Of a stretch of 64,000 bases of DNA, positions 46,369-56,971 are shown piece after piece. Under the pieces are notes generated by a model. That model was not told the origin of the DNA. It made no database searches and saw only the letters and a list, made by a program, of their open reading frames with translations. How positions within the stretch are numbered: position 1 is the first letter of the stretch; every line of letters starts with the position of its first letter. Source of the DNA: a virus (lineage: Duplodnaviria; Caudoviricetes). Where the stretch lies: IMG/VR virus record IMGVR_UViG_3300028833_000104, positions 1 through 64,000 of that record; one strand, 5' to 3'. The position numbers and the translations under genes were made by a program.

Positions 46369-47634
46369 CTACTTACCAAAAGTTCAAGTTTTATGCTGAC
46401 TCATATTGAATAAATATACCTTACCCTCATATACATGACCATATTGTGGAGTAATGTTATATTCAATGTCTAATTTTTCTATTGTTAAATCTGTTGGATT
46501 AAATACAAATATGCCTCCATTTGATTCCTCAGTTTCCTTTGTGAATATATAGATACTATCTCTAAAATTAACACATATAGGATCTCTAAAAGAATAAGGC
46601 ATTTCAATACTTAATTTTTCAAGTGTTTCAGTTGTGGAATCAAATTTTCAAATTTCATTACCGGCTCCTCCTCAACTGGTTGAATTTGCACAAATTAAAT
46701 AAATATCAGTTGAATATGAACAGATACCATAATCAAACATAGATGCATAGCTTCCTGAACCATGAGGTAAAGTTGCAGCTAATCTAGTAAATGTATTAGT
46801 TTCTGTATTGTGTTTAGTTATCATATTGTAATAACCGTTATTTTGTCCACCAAATATATAAACATTATTGCCAACAGCTGCAGCCTCAACTAATCTTGCG
46901 ACTTGTAATGCTGAATTGTATTGACTTAATGATGGTATATAGTTATTTATTGATGTATCAAAAACCCTTGACCAGTTGGTATAATATCTAAGATTTTGTT
47001 CCCAACCACAATAACATCATATCCTATCTCCTACTGTAACTTGAGCACTTAATCCACCTGTAGTGTTATCTAAAAATACAACACCTAAATCCTCAATTTC
47101 TCCATCTAGAATATTTTGTCTTTTAACTGTTTTGCTAGTTGAAGATGAGTTTGTAGTATCTGAAACCGTATAAACATATTTATCAGCAAAACCATAACTA
47201 TAACTTCCATATAATGTGGTATAAGGTAGTTCTATTATTGCATCTGTTGGAATATATTCAATTTTAATTTCGCTTTCCTCTTTTCCTATAATATCATCTA
47301 AAATAGAAATTACCGCAATATTAGGCATTCCTGATGATATATAAGGAGTTAAATCCACATAATTATTTCTAGTTACAATAGTTTGGTTATTTATGTCAAT
47401 TTGATAGAATGTCGTATGACTGTATCTTTCTAACATATAATTATCAGAAACAGTCCAGCTTAAAATAAGATTACTATCAATATCCACAGAAAGAAATTCA
47501 GGTAATACAATTCCTAAATCTATATTTCTAATTTTGTTTGAAAATTCTTGAACCTTAATTAATTCTTCTGTACCAGTTTTTTGTCTTATAGAATTAGCAA
47601 TATTGGTAAAATATTCTTTTAAAATATTATCCAT
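46369..47634 (-). CDS. Kelch-repeat beta-propeller protein with fibre-type N-terminus, 421 aa
   Basis: ORFs joined via 4 TGA; FTNIANSIRQKTG N-terminus; AVGNNVYIFGG, IWKFDST, IFVFNP repeats. Confidence 0.75.
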
Positions 47635-47638
47635 AATA

Positions 47639-48019
47639 CTAAACCTCTGAGTTCAACTCATCTAGAATTAAACTATCAATATATTCCTTATTCTCGGTTT
47701 TTATTTGTGCTATCTGTTCATCTGAATAACTGCTAATATCTAAATCTATAGGTCCAACATCCTCTAATTCATTACCATACATATCAAGTAATATTAAATG
47801 AATTTGAGGTTTGTTCTCATCATATTCAACTCTAATATTATGAATAAATCATTTATCCGCTTTTGTTTGTTGTATAGTAACATCATGTGGGTTATCAGTT
47901 CTTTTTAAATGTTGTTCTACCTTTTCATTGATTAAATCATCAACATGGTTATAAGGATAGAATCCATTATTTTCTAATTCACTATTTCCGAATCCATAAT
48001 CTTTTTTATTTTTAGGCAT
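47639..48019 (-). CDS. Small protein with HxxxxxNPHxVT tail-fibre repeat, 126 aa
   Basis: Absent from code-11 track (1 TGA); HLKRTDNPHDVT; AGGAGG RBS; late motif at 48040. Confidence 0.6.
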
Positions 48020-48039
48020 TTTACATTACCTCCTATCTA

Positions 48040-48049
48040 TTAATTTAGT
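48040..48049 (-). promoter_or_regulatory. Late-type promoter motif ACTAAATTAA
   Basis: Intergenic copy. Confidence 0.6.
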
Positions 48050-48053
48050 TTTA

Positions 48054-49103
48054 TTAGAAATTATCCTTTCAGTATTCCTCAGGTAAACCTGTGAATTCAT
48101 AATTACTTTTTAATATTGTTTTTATGGTAACAACATGGGTTGAAGAATTTAGTAGTTTATTTTTATGTTTTGACTTTGGCTTGTTTTTTAACTTAGGATT
48201 ATATCCCTTTTCATACTTTGAACAATATGGAAAATTTTCATGAAACCATTTATTAAGTACCTTGTTTTTATATATATCTATACTTGAATCTGTATCGTTT
48301 ATACATATCGTATCAAAGTTATTCAAAACTCTATTAATACTTATATCCCCACTATAACTACTTAAATAACCAACCAATAAATTAGAATTTTCTTGTAGAT
48401 TTATTTTATAAAGATATAAAGAGTATAAGTAACAAGTCAAATTTTTACTTTCTCTGAATTGACTTAAACTATCTAATATATCTTTTTCATAATTATTATA
48501 ACATTCGGCTCATTTAGATTTTAAATAAGGCCTAAATTCGTGACCTAATCTTAAATAAGGAATAGAATTTTTTTTATTAAAAATCAAATCGTTGTTATTC
48601 TGACACATTTGGAAAAAATTACTTTTAGTTGTCTTTGGGTCCTGATTGCTGGATTTAACATTAAATTTAACCTTTGATTCCGTAAAAAAATCTGTTGGTT
48701 GTAAACATGATAGTGCATAAAAATCGTCATTTATATAAATAAAATGTTCCTCTAAATCCTTAATATTATGTAAAAATAACTCTATTGTACCACTGTTAAA
48801 TGTTGGTAGAAATCTTCTTGGAATAAATTGTTCATGTAATATAACTTTTATTTTTGTTTGATCTAATCAATCAGGAACTTGGGAATAAGATTGTACTATA
48901 AAAAATAAATTATTAATTCAACTTAAATTTGTATCAATAGATCTAAACAGATATCTTAAAAAATTATCCTGTCCTCGAAATCTATTTAAGGCATTACTAT
49001 CTTCTTTTTTTAGTTTACTTGGATTATACTTATTATATAATTTTATCCAATTTTCATCAGAACTATCAACATAGGGTATAACTAAATCTACTTTAAACTT
49101 CAT
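48054..49103 (-). CDS. Stealth-family hexose-1-phosphate transferase, 349 aa
   Basis: CR1 VDLVIPYVD, CR2 LRYLFRSIDTNLS(W)...VPD(W)L...HEQFIP..LPTFNS.TIE.FLHNI..L.EHFIYINDD, CR4 CIND; 4 TGA. Confidence 0.9.
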
Positions 49104-50574
49104 AATTTATATCTCACCTTTCTTTTAGATATATTTTCTTTTCATCTGTAAATTTATTTATATTAAAGAAATAATCTAGATTAATTTCTTTTTTACTTCA
49201 AACGGCATCAGTTCTTTTGAATTTTTGATTCATAAATTCATCTAATGTTTTGGTCATATAATGATTTATATATATATTTTCATTCTTATAATTTGATGCA
49301 TCTATTACAATCTCATCTGAACAACTTTTACCGGAAGGATAACATGATTTTGCTACGTCCCTTAATTTATCATAGGATGCATAATGAACAGAATTCATTT
49401 TTAATAAACGTTTACCTTTGATTATACATTTACCGGCATTACTGTATTTACCTTTATTTTTAATTATCTTGGTAAAGAAATTAAAAACAGGTATATTTAA
49501 ATCACGTTGAATTACATTATCATCACCAAATAAGTTTCATTTTATTCTTATTTGATCTACATCAATTTTATTTATTTTTTCTAATAAATAATTTATATTG
49601 TCAATACCATAAATAAATTCATCCACATCTAAAAAGGCACATCAATCATATAGTCTATTATATTTTAATATAAAATCATTATAACATTTTTGTTGTAATT
49701 GTGGTTCATGTTTTCCTTTAACTGAAATAATGGTAACAGCATATCTTAAATGTTTTTTAATATAATGTATTAAATCCTCTTTATCCAAATCATTGTTATC
49801 ATAGATAAATATTTTATCAAAACCAAGTTTTAAATGGTATTCCACTCAATTATTTATGTAAAGTTCTTCATTTTTTGCAATACAAACAGCAACATTTCCT
49901 CATTTACTAGTTTTTATATTATTTAAAAGCCTATAAACTTTATTAATAAATTGTGTATGAGGACAATCTGTATCTCAAATATTATTATCTATTATCTCAA
50001 CATATTTTAAATTATACTTTTTAACATATATATTAAATTCATTGGAATTATAATTTCATGTTTTAGCCTTATTATTAATTACCTTTGTACCCACAAAAAT
50101 TACCTTCTCTAAAACGTTGTATTTTTTTAAAACCTCTATAACTCCTTCTATAAAGTCTTTATATAAGGTTCCGTCTTTTTTATTTACAGAAAATTCATTC
50201 AAATTAAAAGTAAAATAATAATTTTTATTTTTTAGTAATTCATAATAAAAGTTATTAAATGTTTCACATCTTTTTTTAAGTTCTTGTTGATATTTAATTG
50301 TTGAGGGATCATGATGAGCAATTCAAACGGTATCACTAGGATACTTTGAGAAAAATTCATAATCTTCTGGTCAGCTCTTCTTCCTTGGTACCTTATCATA
50401 TGGTGTATTTATAATATAATCTAAGTATTTATTAGAAAATAATAAATCTAAGCACTTAGGTTTCCCAACAATAACGTTATCCACAGGTCCTTTTATTCGA
50501 TTTTTACCTAAAAATCCAATGCAGGCACAATTTCCACCAATAGACATGAATTTCAAATCTTGTAAATTAACCAT
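49093..50574 (-). CDS. Fusion of DUF1796-like papain-fold domain and GT92/GT2-like glycosyltransferase, about 493 aa
   Basis: Three in-frame ORFs joined via 10 TGA; N-term SIGGNC..GPVD..HHD..KKRCETF; C-term CIAKNE.LYINN(W)VEYHLKLGFDKIFIYDNN, (W)CAFLDVDEF, INHY.TK. Confidence 0.8.
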
Positions 50575-50609
50575 ACCTATCTTTCCTTTCAATAAATAGT
50601 ATTTATATA

Positions 50610-50619
50610 ATAATTTAGT
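50610..50619 (-). promoter_or_regulatory. Late-type promoter motif ACTAAATTAT
   Basis: Intergenic, heads the glycosylation/Kelch cassette. Confidence 0.65.
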
Positions 50620-50647
50620 GATAAAAAGAAAAGAGGTATATTCTTAT

Positions 50648-50956
50648 TTATACCCCTTCATATGGTGCTATTTCTCTAATTTTAACACTACCGTCTGTAA
50701 ATAGTATAGCTTCTATATAAGTAACTGCCTCTATTGGCATTAATCTTATTTCATATTCTACACTTTTACTTTCTCTTACAGCAGTCATATAATAGCTTTT
50801 AATTACATTATCTGTAACAAATCTATTTAATTCATCTCTAAAAATATATTTTAGATACATTCTCTTTTCATTATCTGAATTATGATAAATTCTAAAGTAT
50901 TCTTTAACTTTACTAAGTAATGTACCAAAATTTTTAGGTTCTTTACTTATTACCAA
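50648..50956 (-). CDS. Hypothetical protein
   Basis: ORF overlapping end of VWA gene; start uncertain. Confidence 0.5.
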   Translation of the reverse strand: MVISKEPKNFGTLLSKVKEYFRIYHNSDNEKRMYLKYIFRDELNRFVTDNVIKSYYMTAVRESKSVEYEIRLMPIEAVTYIEAILFTDGSVKIREIAPYEGV

Positions 50957-51831
50957 CTAACAACACCACCATTAAAAGGTGTAGCCTCTGTTAAAATTTG
51001 TGTTGTAGGTTCATTAGCGCTATTAGTAACAATTTCTGAAATAACAGCTGGTAAACTATTCATTGTTACTACCTTGTAATGATCCTCAGGTAATACCTCA
51101 GTAAATGTTTGCTTTGCTAATCTCTTATAATATTGATAGCAAGTTGACTCATCATCTACTGCTAAATGATAAATATCAAATTTTTGAGATGCTTCTTGAT
51201 ATAACTTCTTTGTATCAACATCTGCTTGTTCCTTACTACCCATATAAGCATTTAATGCACTTTTACCTAAAACTGGATTTAGAGGTTCATCACCTAATGT
51301 AATGATAATACCTTTTCTACCTCTATTCCAACAATCTAATTTACAATTATGTAAACCAGCATACCAAGCGATAGAGTAAGATTCAAATTGATTACCTCCT
51401 CCACCACCTTCAAAATATACCTTATCTAAATGTTCTGCAATTCTAATATCTGACTCAAATTGTGACATTTGAATTGGTGCATTATCATATTCAATATCAC
51501 CAATAGCCATAATACTGAATTCAACATCCTTAGTTTGTGATAAGATATCAGTCATAATCTTATTTAAAGTTTTTGCAACCTTAACAGCACCGTTACCCAT
51601 TGAACCTGTAACATCTAAACCTAAAATTACAGGAATTGTATTTGGATGCTCTGCACTATCGCAACATTCTCTAATCTTATTCTTAATATTTAAATCTTCA
51701 TTTAAACGTCTAGAAGTAAATCTTTCTTGAGCTGTAAAGCTATCTGTTACAACTCCTGACTTATCTAAAGTATAACCTCTACTAGTTGCATAGCTTGAAT
51801 AAGAACTTGTAGTCCAAGATCCGCCACCCAT
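50950..51831 (-). CDS. von Willebrand factor A (MIDAS) domain protein
   Basis: MGGGSW start; GLDVTGSMG, AIGD, QFESD, EGGGGGNQFESY, TLGDE. Confidence 0.85.
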   Translation of the reverse strand: MGGGSWTTSSYSSYATSRGYTLDKSGVVTDSFTAQERFTSRRLNEDLNIKNKIRECCDSAEHPNTIPVILGLDVTGSMGNGAVKVAKTLNKIMTDILSQTKDVEFSIMAIGDIEYDNAPIQMSQFESDIRIAEHLDKVYFEGGGGGNQFESYSIAWYAGLHNCKLDCWNRGRKGIIITLGDEPLNPVLGKSALNAYMGSKEQADVDTKKLYQEASQKFDIYHLAVDDESTCYQYYKRLAKQTFTEVLPEDHYKVVTMNSLPAVISEIVTNSANEPTTQILTEATPFNGGVVSW

Positions 51832-51834
51832 AAA

Positions 51835-52443
51835 TTATTCCTCCTTTGTTTCTACTTCTTCGTCTTCATCACCAAATAGGTTATCAAACATTCCGCCTTC
51901 ACCATCGAAGTTAAACATATCTCCAAATGGATTAGATCCACCTGACATCATCATTAACATCATTGGATTCATTCCGCCAGTATTTCCACCAAATAGGTTT
52001 CCACCATTACCAAACATTGTATTCATCATCATATACTTCATAATGGTATTCTTATCAAATGCCTTATTACCAAACATTGATACAATCTTTGAATACATAT
52101 AAGTTCCACCTAAGAATGTATGTCTTTCAGGTAGAATATTTTTAATTGATGCATCATCATAATTTAAAATCTTAATTTCTCCATCAGTTTCAGGTGCTAG
52201 TACATATGCAGGTTTACCACTAACTAAAATAATATCTCCTGCTTTAACCTTATTTGTAGGTACTACGAAGAAGAATTCTGAACCAATATCAAATACGAAA
52301 TTATCACAATTAATTAATCTTTTCTTCTTTGCATCATAATACTTATAATCATTACCAATCTTTACTGCCATTTGTCCATTTAAACCTAATCTAATAAGTC
52401 CTGGTTGAACTTTACCAAATGTAAAATTACTTAATACACTCAT
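51835..52443 (-). CDS. Hypothetical protein with Met/Gly-rich low-complexity C-terminus
   Basis: MKYMMMNTMFG...MNPMMLMMMSGG; AGGAG RBS; TTGTATAAAT at 52475-52484. Confidence 0.7.
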   Translation of the reverse strand: MSVLSNFTFGKVQPGLIRLGLNGQMAVKIGNDYKYYDAKKKRLINCDNFVFDIGSEFFFVVPTNKVKAGDIILVSGKPAYVLAPETDGEIKILNYDDASIKNILPERHTFLGGTYMYSKIVSMFGNKAFDKNTIMKYMMMNTMFGNGGNLFGGNTGGMNPMMLMMMSGGSNPFGDMFNFDGEGGMFDNLFGDEDEEVETKEE

Positions 52444-52468
52444 TTTTAATATCTCCTTTTCTTTTTTA

Positions 52469-53602
52469 CTAATTATTTATACAATTAACTTCATCATAAA
52501 ATCTAAAAATCTGAGTAAAATTTTTATTTTTTATTTTTTCTGAAGGTAATTCCTCTTCATTACAATGTGTAACTACTAGATAATTCTTTGCATATAGATT
52601 ACTATCTATAATATCTGAATCAATTCTTTCCATCATATTTTGAATAGATTCATCATCAAACTTTGCAAATCTAATACAACCTTGATATAAATTTGGTTTA
52701 TTAGTTTGATCTTCATAATCTAAATCAATATCTTCGTTTTCTAATACACCATCACCGTGTCTACTTAGATAAGTTCTAGTTATATAATATCTATGAATTT
52801 CATGCTCAGTTTTTTGAGCGTCTGCCATATATAATAACCATTCAGGAATAATTGAACCTGTTCTAGTAGGAGTACCATTTACTTTATCATACTCCTTATC
52901 TAATCCTAAACCTTGACCTTGTTCAAAAGTAATGTTATCATATTCATTATATATTTCCTTCATAGATTTAATTGCAATATTATTAAAGAAGAAATCTAAA
53001 TCTTTTAAGAAATTATTAATAATGAAATTATCTTCCTTAATTAATTTACTTTCTTCATAATCACTATTCTTAATCCATTCTAATTCCTTATAATATTCCT
53101 TTATTTTTAATAGTTCTTCAACCCATATATCTTTATTACCGTATAGGTCTGAAACCCTTTTAAAATGGAAGTTTTTATCATTGTATCTATCAATAGTCTC
53201 TTTAATACCACAACCTGTACTTCTATTACTAATACCTCTTCTAGTACCTTTACCTCTTAATTTCTCTCTTACAATATTTGCTAAACAATCAAATGGAGTT
53301 GTTAATCTACATTCATAACCAACATATAATAAAGGTTTATTTCCTAATTCTACAAATTCTTCTCTAAACTTAATAGGATTTACAATAAATTCTGAACTAG
53401 CATAAGTTGCAGCACCTTTTAGTGTTGCACTTCCAAAATGATGGAATACATGTCTTTTACCTTCATATACCACGGTATGACCTCTTTGTGGACCACCATT
53501 AGTTAATACTACAACACCTTCTTTTGGAGTTATGTAGTTTGTAAATAAACCTTTTCCTTCATCACCATAATTGGCTCCAATTACAATATTTATTTTTTTC
53601 AT
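52469..53602 (-). CDS. purA: Divergent adenylosuccinate synthetase-like protein
   Basis: IGANYGDEGKG, NGGPQRGHTV, STGCGIKET, FEQGQGLGLD, TRTYLSRHGDG. Confidence 0.8.
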   Translation of the reverse strand: MKKINIVIGANYGDEGKGLFTNYITPKEGVVVLTNGGPQRGHTVVYEGKRHVFHHFGSATLKGAATYASSEFIVNPIKFREEFVELGNKPLLYVGYECRLTTPFDCLANIVREKLRGKGTRRGISNRSTGCGIKETIDRYNDKNFHFKRVSDLYGNKDIWVEELLKIKEYYKELEWIKNSDYEESKLIKEDNFIINNFLKDLDFFFNNIAIKSMKEIYNEYDNITFEQGQGLGLDKEYDKVNGTPTRTGSIIPEWLLYMADAQKTEHEIHRYYITRTYLSRHGDGVLENEDIDLDYEDQTNKPNLYQGCIRFAKFDDESIQNMMERIDSDIIDSNLYAKNYLVVTHCNEEELPSEKIKNKNFTQIFRFYDEVNCINN

Positions 53603-53604
53603 TA

Positions 53605-54030
53605 CTACACACCCCATTTCTGTAAAACATTGTTGGCAAAATCCTCTGCCCATTTTTGATTATGAGGGTCCTCAGGCTCATAATCACATCCATAATCCTC
53701 TATATCATAAGCAGATATCCAACCATAATTAGGATCTTCATATCCACCACGTTGACGCATTTTATCATATTCCTTGTAATACTCGTATGCTCCTCTAGAT
53801 AAATATGTTTCTTTTAAAAATTTAAAAGCTTCGTCTCTATTACAAGGATAAGTATCTTTATATCTATATGGTTCTAATGTTGGTTGTACATTATCTTCAA
53901 TAACTTTACCGATATAATTAGGTCCGGAAACTAAATCTCCAACCTTAATATTTTCATTTGCTTTATAAACATATTTGGTTGATGAATAAGTATTACCCAT
54001 ATAATATTGTTCTAATCTAACTAATCTCAT
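53605..54030 (-). CDS. Hypothetical protein
   Basis: Operonic ORF. Confidence 0.6.
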   Translation of the reverse strand: MRLVRLEQYYMGNTYSSTKYVYKANENIKVGDLVSGPNYIGKVIEDNVQPTLEPYRYKDTYPCNRDEAFKFLKETYLSRGAYEYYKEYDKMRQRGGYEDPNYGWISAYDIEDYGCDYEPEDPHNQKWAEDFANNVLQKWGV

Positions 54031-54031
54031 A

Positions 54032-54271
54032 TTATAACACCTTCTTAATTACACCGTATGCTGAATTATCACCGCTATATTGCCAACGAACAATACCATC
54101 TTCATCTCTATACATGTCTTGTTTTTGGTGTTCAGGTTTTAAATAGGATTGAAATACATCCCATCTATCCTCCCAATCACAAACTGCTTTAACATCAGCA
54201 ATACAAATCTTTTCATCGGTAATTGAATCTAAATATTTTATATCTTCAAATACAATTATTACCGCTCTCAT
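54032..54271 (-). CDS. Hypothetical protein
   Basis: AGGAGG RBS. Confidence 0.6.
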   Translation of the reverse strand: MRAVIIVFEDIKYLDSITDEKICIADVKAVCDWEDRWDVFQSYLKPEHQKQDMYRDEDGIVRWQYSGDNSAYGVIKKVL

Positions 54272-54282
54272 ATTTAATCCTC

Positions 54283-55560
54283 CTACTTTTTATTTTCTAA
54301 TTCTCTACAAACCTTAGCAATTTCCTTTAACCCCTTTTCAGCGTATTGTAGGTTCTTTACCTTAAATGAAAAACCAATTCCTCTTTCCTTATTATAATCA
54401 AAACTCTTAACAACAATACCTTCATGTTGTAAATAAGTTTTCCATAATTTATCATTTTCATTTGGATGATATTGTAAACCGGTATTGATTGTTTGAGGAG
54501 TCCAAGCAACACCTTCAGCATATTTTACTAACTTATCAATAGTATCAAATTGACCCATATCATTAATTACATCTACTAATGGAACTCTTTGTAAACCTAA
54601 CTTATCAAGAATTGGTGCCATTTCATACCAGTTTCTTTCAATCCACTTACCATCAATTAATTCCTTTAATCTAAATACAAACCATTGTATTTCCTTAAAG
54701 TCATAAATATTTTCTTGAATACCTGGACCTACTTGTTCACCTTGAATCATTAATAAGTGACCAGTTTTCTTATAATATTCCTTTAACTTCTTTGCAATAT
54801 CATATCTTTTTGCTGTGTTATAGAAAAGTATACCATTACTTTCACCTTCAACTAATCTATTATTTCTAGAACATACATAGAATTCATACTTCTTTTTAGG
54901 GTCTAATGAACAAGTAAATGATTGACCTTCCATCTTAGCTGTAATAAATGCGCTAGTTCCAGGAAACTCGCTAATAAGTGCTTTACGATTTTGAATTGTA
55001 TCTTCATCAGACTTTGAAATAATATTTGTTGGAAATGAGCCTTTTGTATACTTTCTGCGTCTAGCATCCATATACATATTTCCAATCCATCTAGTTAATT
55101 TATGTTTTAAGAAGAACTTAATAATTCTAGGAACCTTTGGCATCTTTTTAGGGGACGCATCCTCTTCTGGTTCATACTTTCTAATATTTAATTTATCAGT
55201 TACATCAGTTTCAGGTTTTAAATTTTCAGGTAATCCTGCTTCTTTTAAAGTTACGCATAAACCCCAAGACTTAACTCTATCACCTTTTTCACCATTTAAA
55301 TCCTTTGCACCCATTGTCATAGGCTTAATTAAAAATCCTTTTAAGTCTTCTCTATAACAACGCTTTCTTAAAAATTCCCATTTTTGCTCTACTGGTAAAA
55401 TAGCACCTTCTTGAATAAATACCATTTTATCACCAACATTATTTTCTACTGGGACAATTGCTTCATAACCATTTTCCTTGAATGTTACTACACAAATTCT
55501 ATCCTTTTCAAACATCTTATTTTTTGTTTCAATACTTACAATACTTGCTAAATCTCTCAT
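54283..55560 (-). CDS. RNA ligase (Rnl2/DRB0094-like)
   Basis: TAKMEGQS (motif I), VCSRN, QGEQVGPGIQ, EGIVVK, SFKVKN; N-terminal OB-like domain. Confidence 0.85.
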   Translation of the reverse strand: MRDLASIVSIETKNKMFEKDRICVVTFKENGYEAIVPVENNVGDKMVFIQEGAILPVEQKWEFLRKRCYREDLKGFLIKPMTMGAKDLNGEKGDRVKSWGLCVTLKEAGLPENLKPETDVTDKLNIRKYEPEEDASPKKMPKVPRIIKFFLKHKLTRWIGNMYMDARRRKYTKGSFPTNIISKSDEDTIQNRKALISEFPGTSAFITAKMEGQSFTCSLDPKKKYEFYVCSRNNRLVEGESNGILFYNTAKRYDIAKKLKEYYKKTGHLLMIQGEQVGPGIQENIYDFKEIQWFVFRLKELIDGKWIERNWYEMAPILDKLGLQRVPLVDVINDMGQFDTIDKLVKYAEGVAWTPQTINTGLQYHPNENDKLWKTYLQHEGIVVKSFDYNKERGIGFSFKVKNLQYAEKGLKEIAKVCRELENKK

Positions 55561-55571
55561 ATTACCATCTC

Positions 55572-56123
55572 CTAAACTATTCTCATAACTTGTTTTACTT
55601 TTAATTTTGAATATGGATTTAAACCATTTTCCATATAAACATCTACAATAATATATGTCTTATCTAAAACTTTAATATAGTCATATTTATCAGCTAACAT
55701 ACTATTAGTATAAATTATTGTATCGTCCTCTTCATCACCTATACAACAATTAATTTCATAAAGGTTAAAATTTTCTGTATCAAAAACTTTTGCTTTTAAA
55801 TCAAATCTAATACGGTTTGCTACAGAATCTTCTAATTTATTAGAACTAAAATTAAGCCAAACTTGTCCGTGTTGAGGATCTTCTAATTCAGAATTAGATT
55901 TATCCTTTTCTTTCTTTTCAGGACCTGGACTTATAAATGTTATACTAGCTTCCATTAATAATATTAAAGTTGTCATTCCCCAAAATATCCAACTAAATGG
56001 AGTTATAATTGAGGTAGAATCCTCTTTTACATTAATAATGATAAAGATATAAAATGGAATCATAAATCCTAATACAATTAATGTCATTATTAAAAATGTA
56101 ATTAATTTCTTTTTCCTAGTCAT
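55572..56123 (-). CDS. Membrane protein (2 N-terminal TM helices)
   Basis: Hydrophobic segments in first 65 aa. Confidence 0.6.
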   Translation of the reverse strand: MTRKKKLITFLIMTLIVLGFMIPFYIFIIINVKEDSTSIITPFSWIFWGMTTLILLMEASITFISPGPEKKEKDKSNSELEDPQHGQVWLNFSSNKLEDSVANRIRFDLKAKVFDTENFNLYEINCCIGDEEDDTIIYTNSMLADKYDYIKVLDKTYIIVDVYMENGLNPYSKLKVKQVMRIV

Positions 56124-56187
56124 AATTTTACACCTTCCTTTTAATTTACATTTATATTATATATTAAAATATAAATAAAATCAAGAC

Positions 56188-56598
56188 CTAATTTATATAT
56201 ATCTTAGCTATATATGGATATTCAGTTAATAAATTAATATTAGCTATTCTACCGGATTCAAGATTTTTATCTTTTATAATCTTCACTTTAATATTATTAG
56301 GTTTATTATATCCAATTACTTCATATATAGTATTAAATTTTCTAAATTCAATTGTTGAAGATTCGATATATTTTGGTGTAGGAGGATTATCAAAAGTTAT
56401 ATAATCACCAATAGCAAATTCTTGACTTCTATCCTTTTCAATTTGGATAGTTTCCTCCTCTTTTTGTGGGTTAATTTCATTTATCAAATCTGCCATGAAT
56501 TCATTTATAATTGTTGCCTCATTTACCTTATCGGCTAATAAATAAGTTTTAACTTTATTATATCCTATTCTAAGAATTTGTTGAATAATATTTTCCAT
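56188..56598 (-). CDS. Hypothetical protein
   Basis: ORF with RBS. Confidence 0.55.
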   Translation of the reverse strand: MENIIQQILRIGYNKVKTYLLADKVNEATIINEFMADLINEINPQKEEETIQIEKDRSQEFAIGDYITFDNPPTPKYIESSTIEFRKFNTIYEVIGYNKPNNIKVKIIKDKNLESGRIANINLLTEYPYIAKIYIN

Positions 56599-56610
56599 AT
56601 AATTATTTTC

Positions 56611-56928
56611 CTACCTTTCATTTAATTGCCATTCTTTATAATCTTCCCATATATCATCATACATCTTAATATATTTTTCGGCATCTTCTTTTAAACAAGG
56701 TACAGCCCAAGAACTACCAAAAGGTTCAACATAAATTCCTAGATTATAAGCAACCGAATTCATACAAGCTACCATAATTTCGGATTCATCTAAATTTTCC
56801 CTACCTGGTAATTTTCTATATAATTTTTCAGTCCAATATTTATGTCTAAATAAAATACCTGTTGAATAAGCAATTTTCATTGCTAATCTATATTCTAATT
56901 TATATCCTTCATCATCAAAATCAGTCAT
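56611..56928 (-). CDS. Hypothetical protein
   Basis: GAGGTG RBS; TTGTATAAAT at 56961-56970. Confidence 0.6.
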   Translation of the reverse strand: MTDFDDEGYKLEYRLAMKIAYSTGILFRHKYWTEKLYRKLPGRENLDESEIMVACMNSVAYNLGIYVEPFGSSWAVPCLKEDAEKYIKMYDDIWEDYKEWQLNER

Positions 56929-56971
56929 CTATTTCACCTCTAATTTTTAATTTTCATATTATTTATACAAT

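Noticed and set aside
52469-53602. PurZ / Z-genome biosynthesis
   Set aside because: Retains PurA-type GDEGKG rather than PurZ GSTGKG, and no adjacent DatZ/MazZ-like genes were recognised
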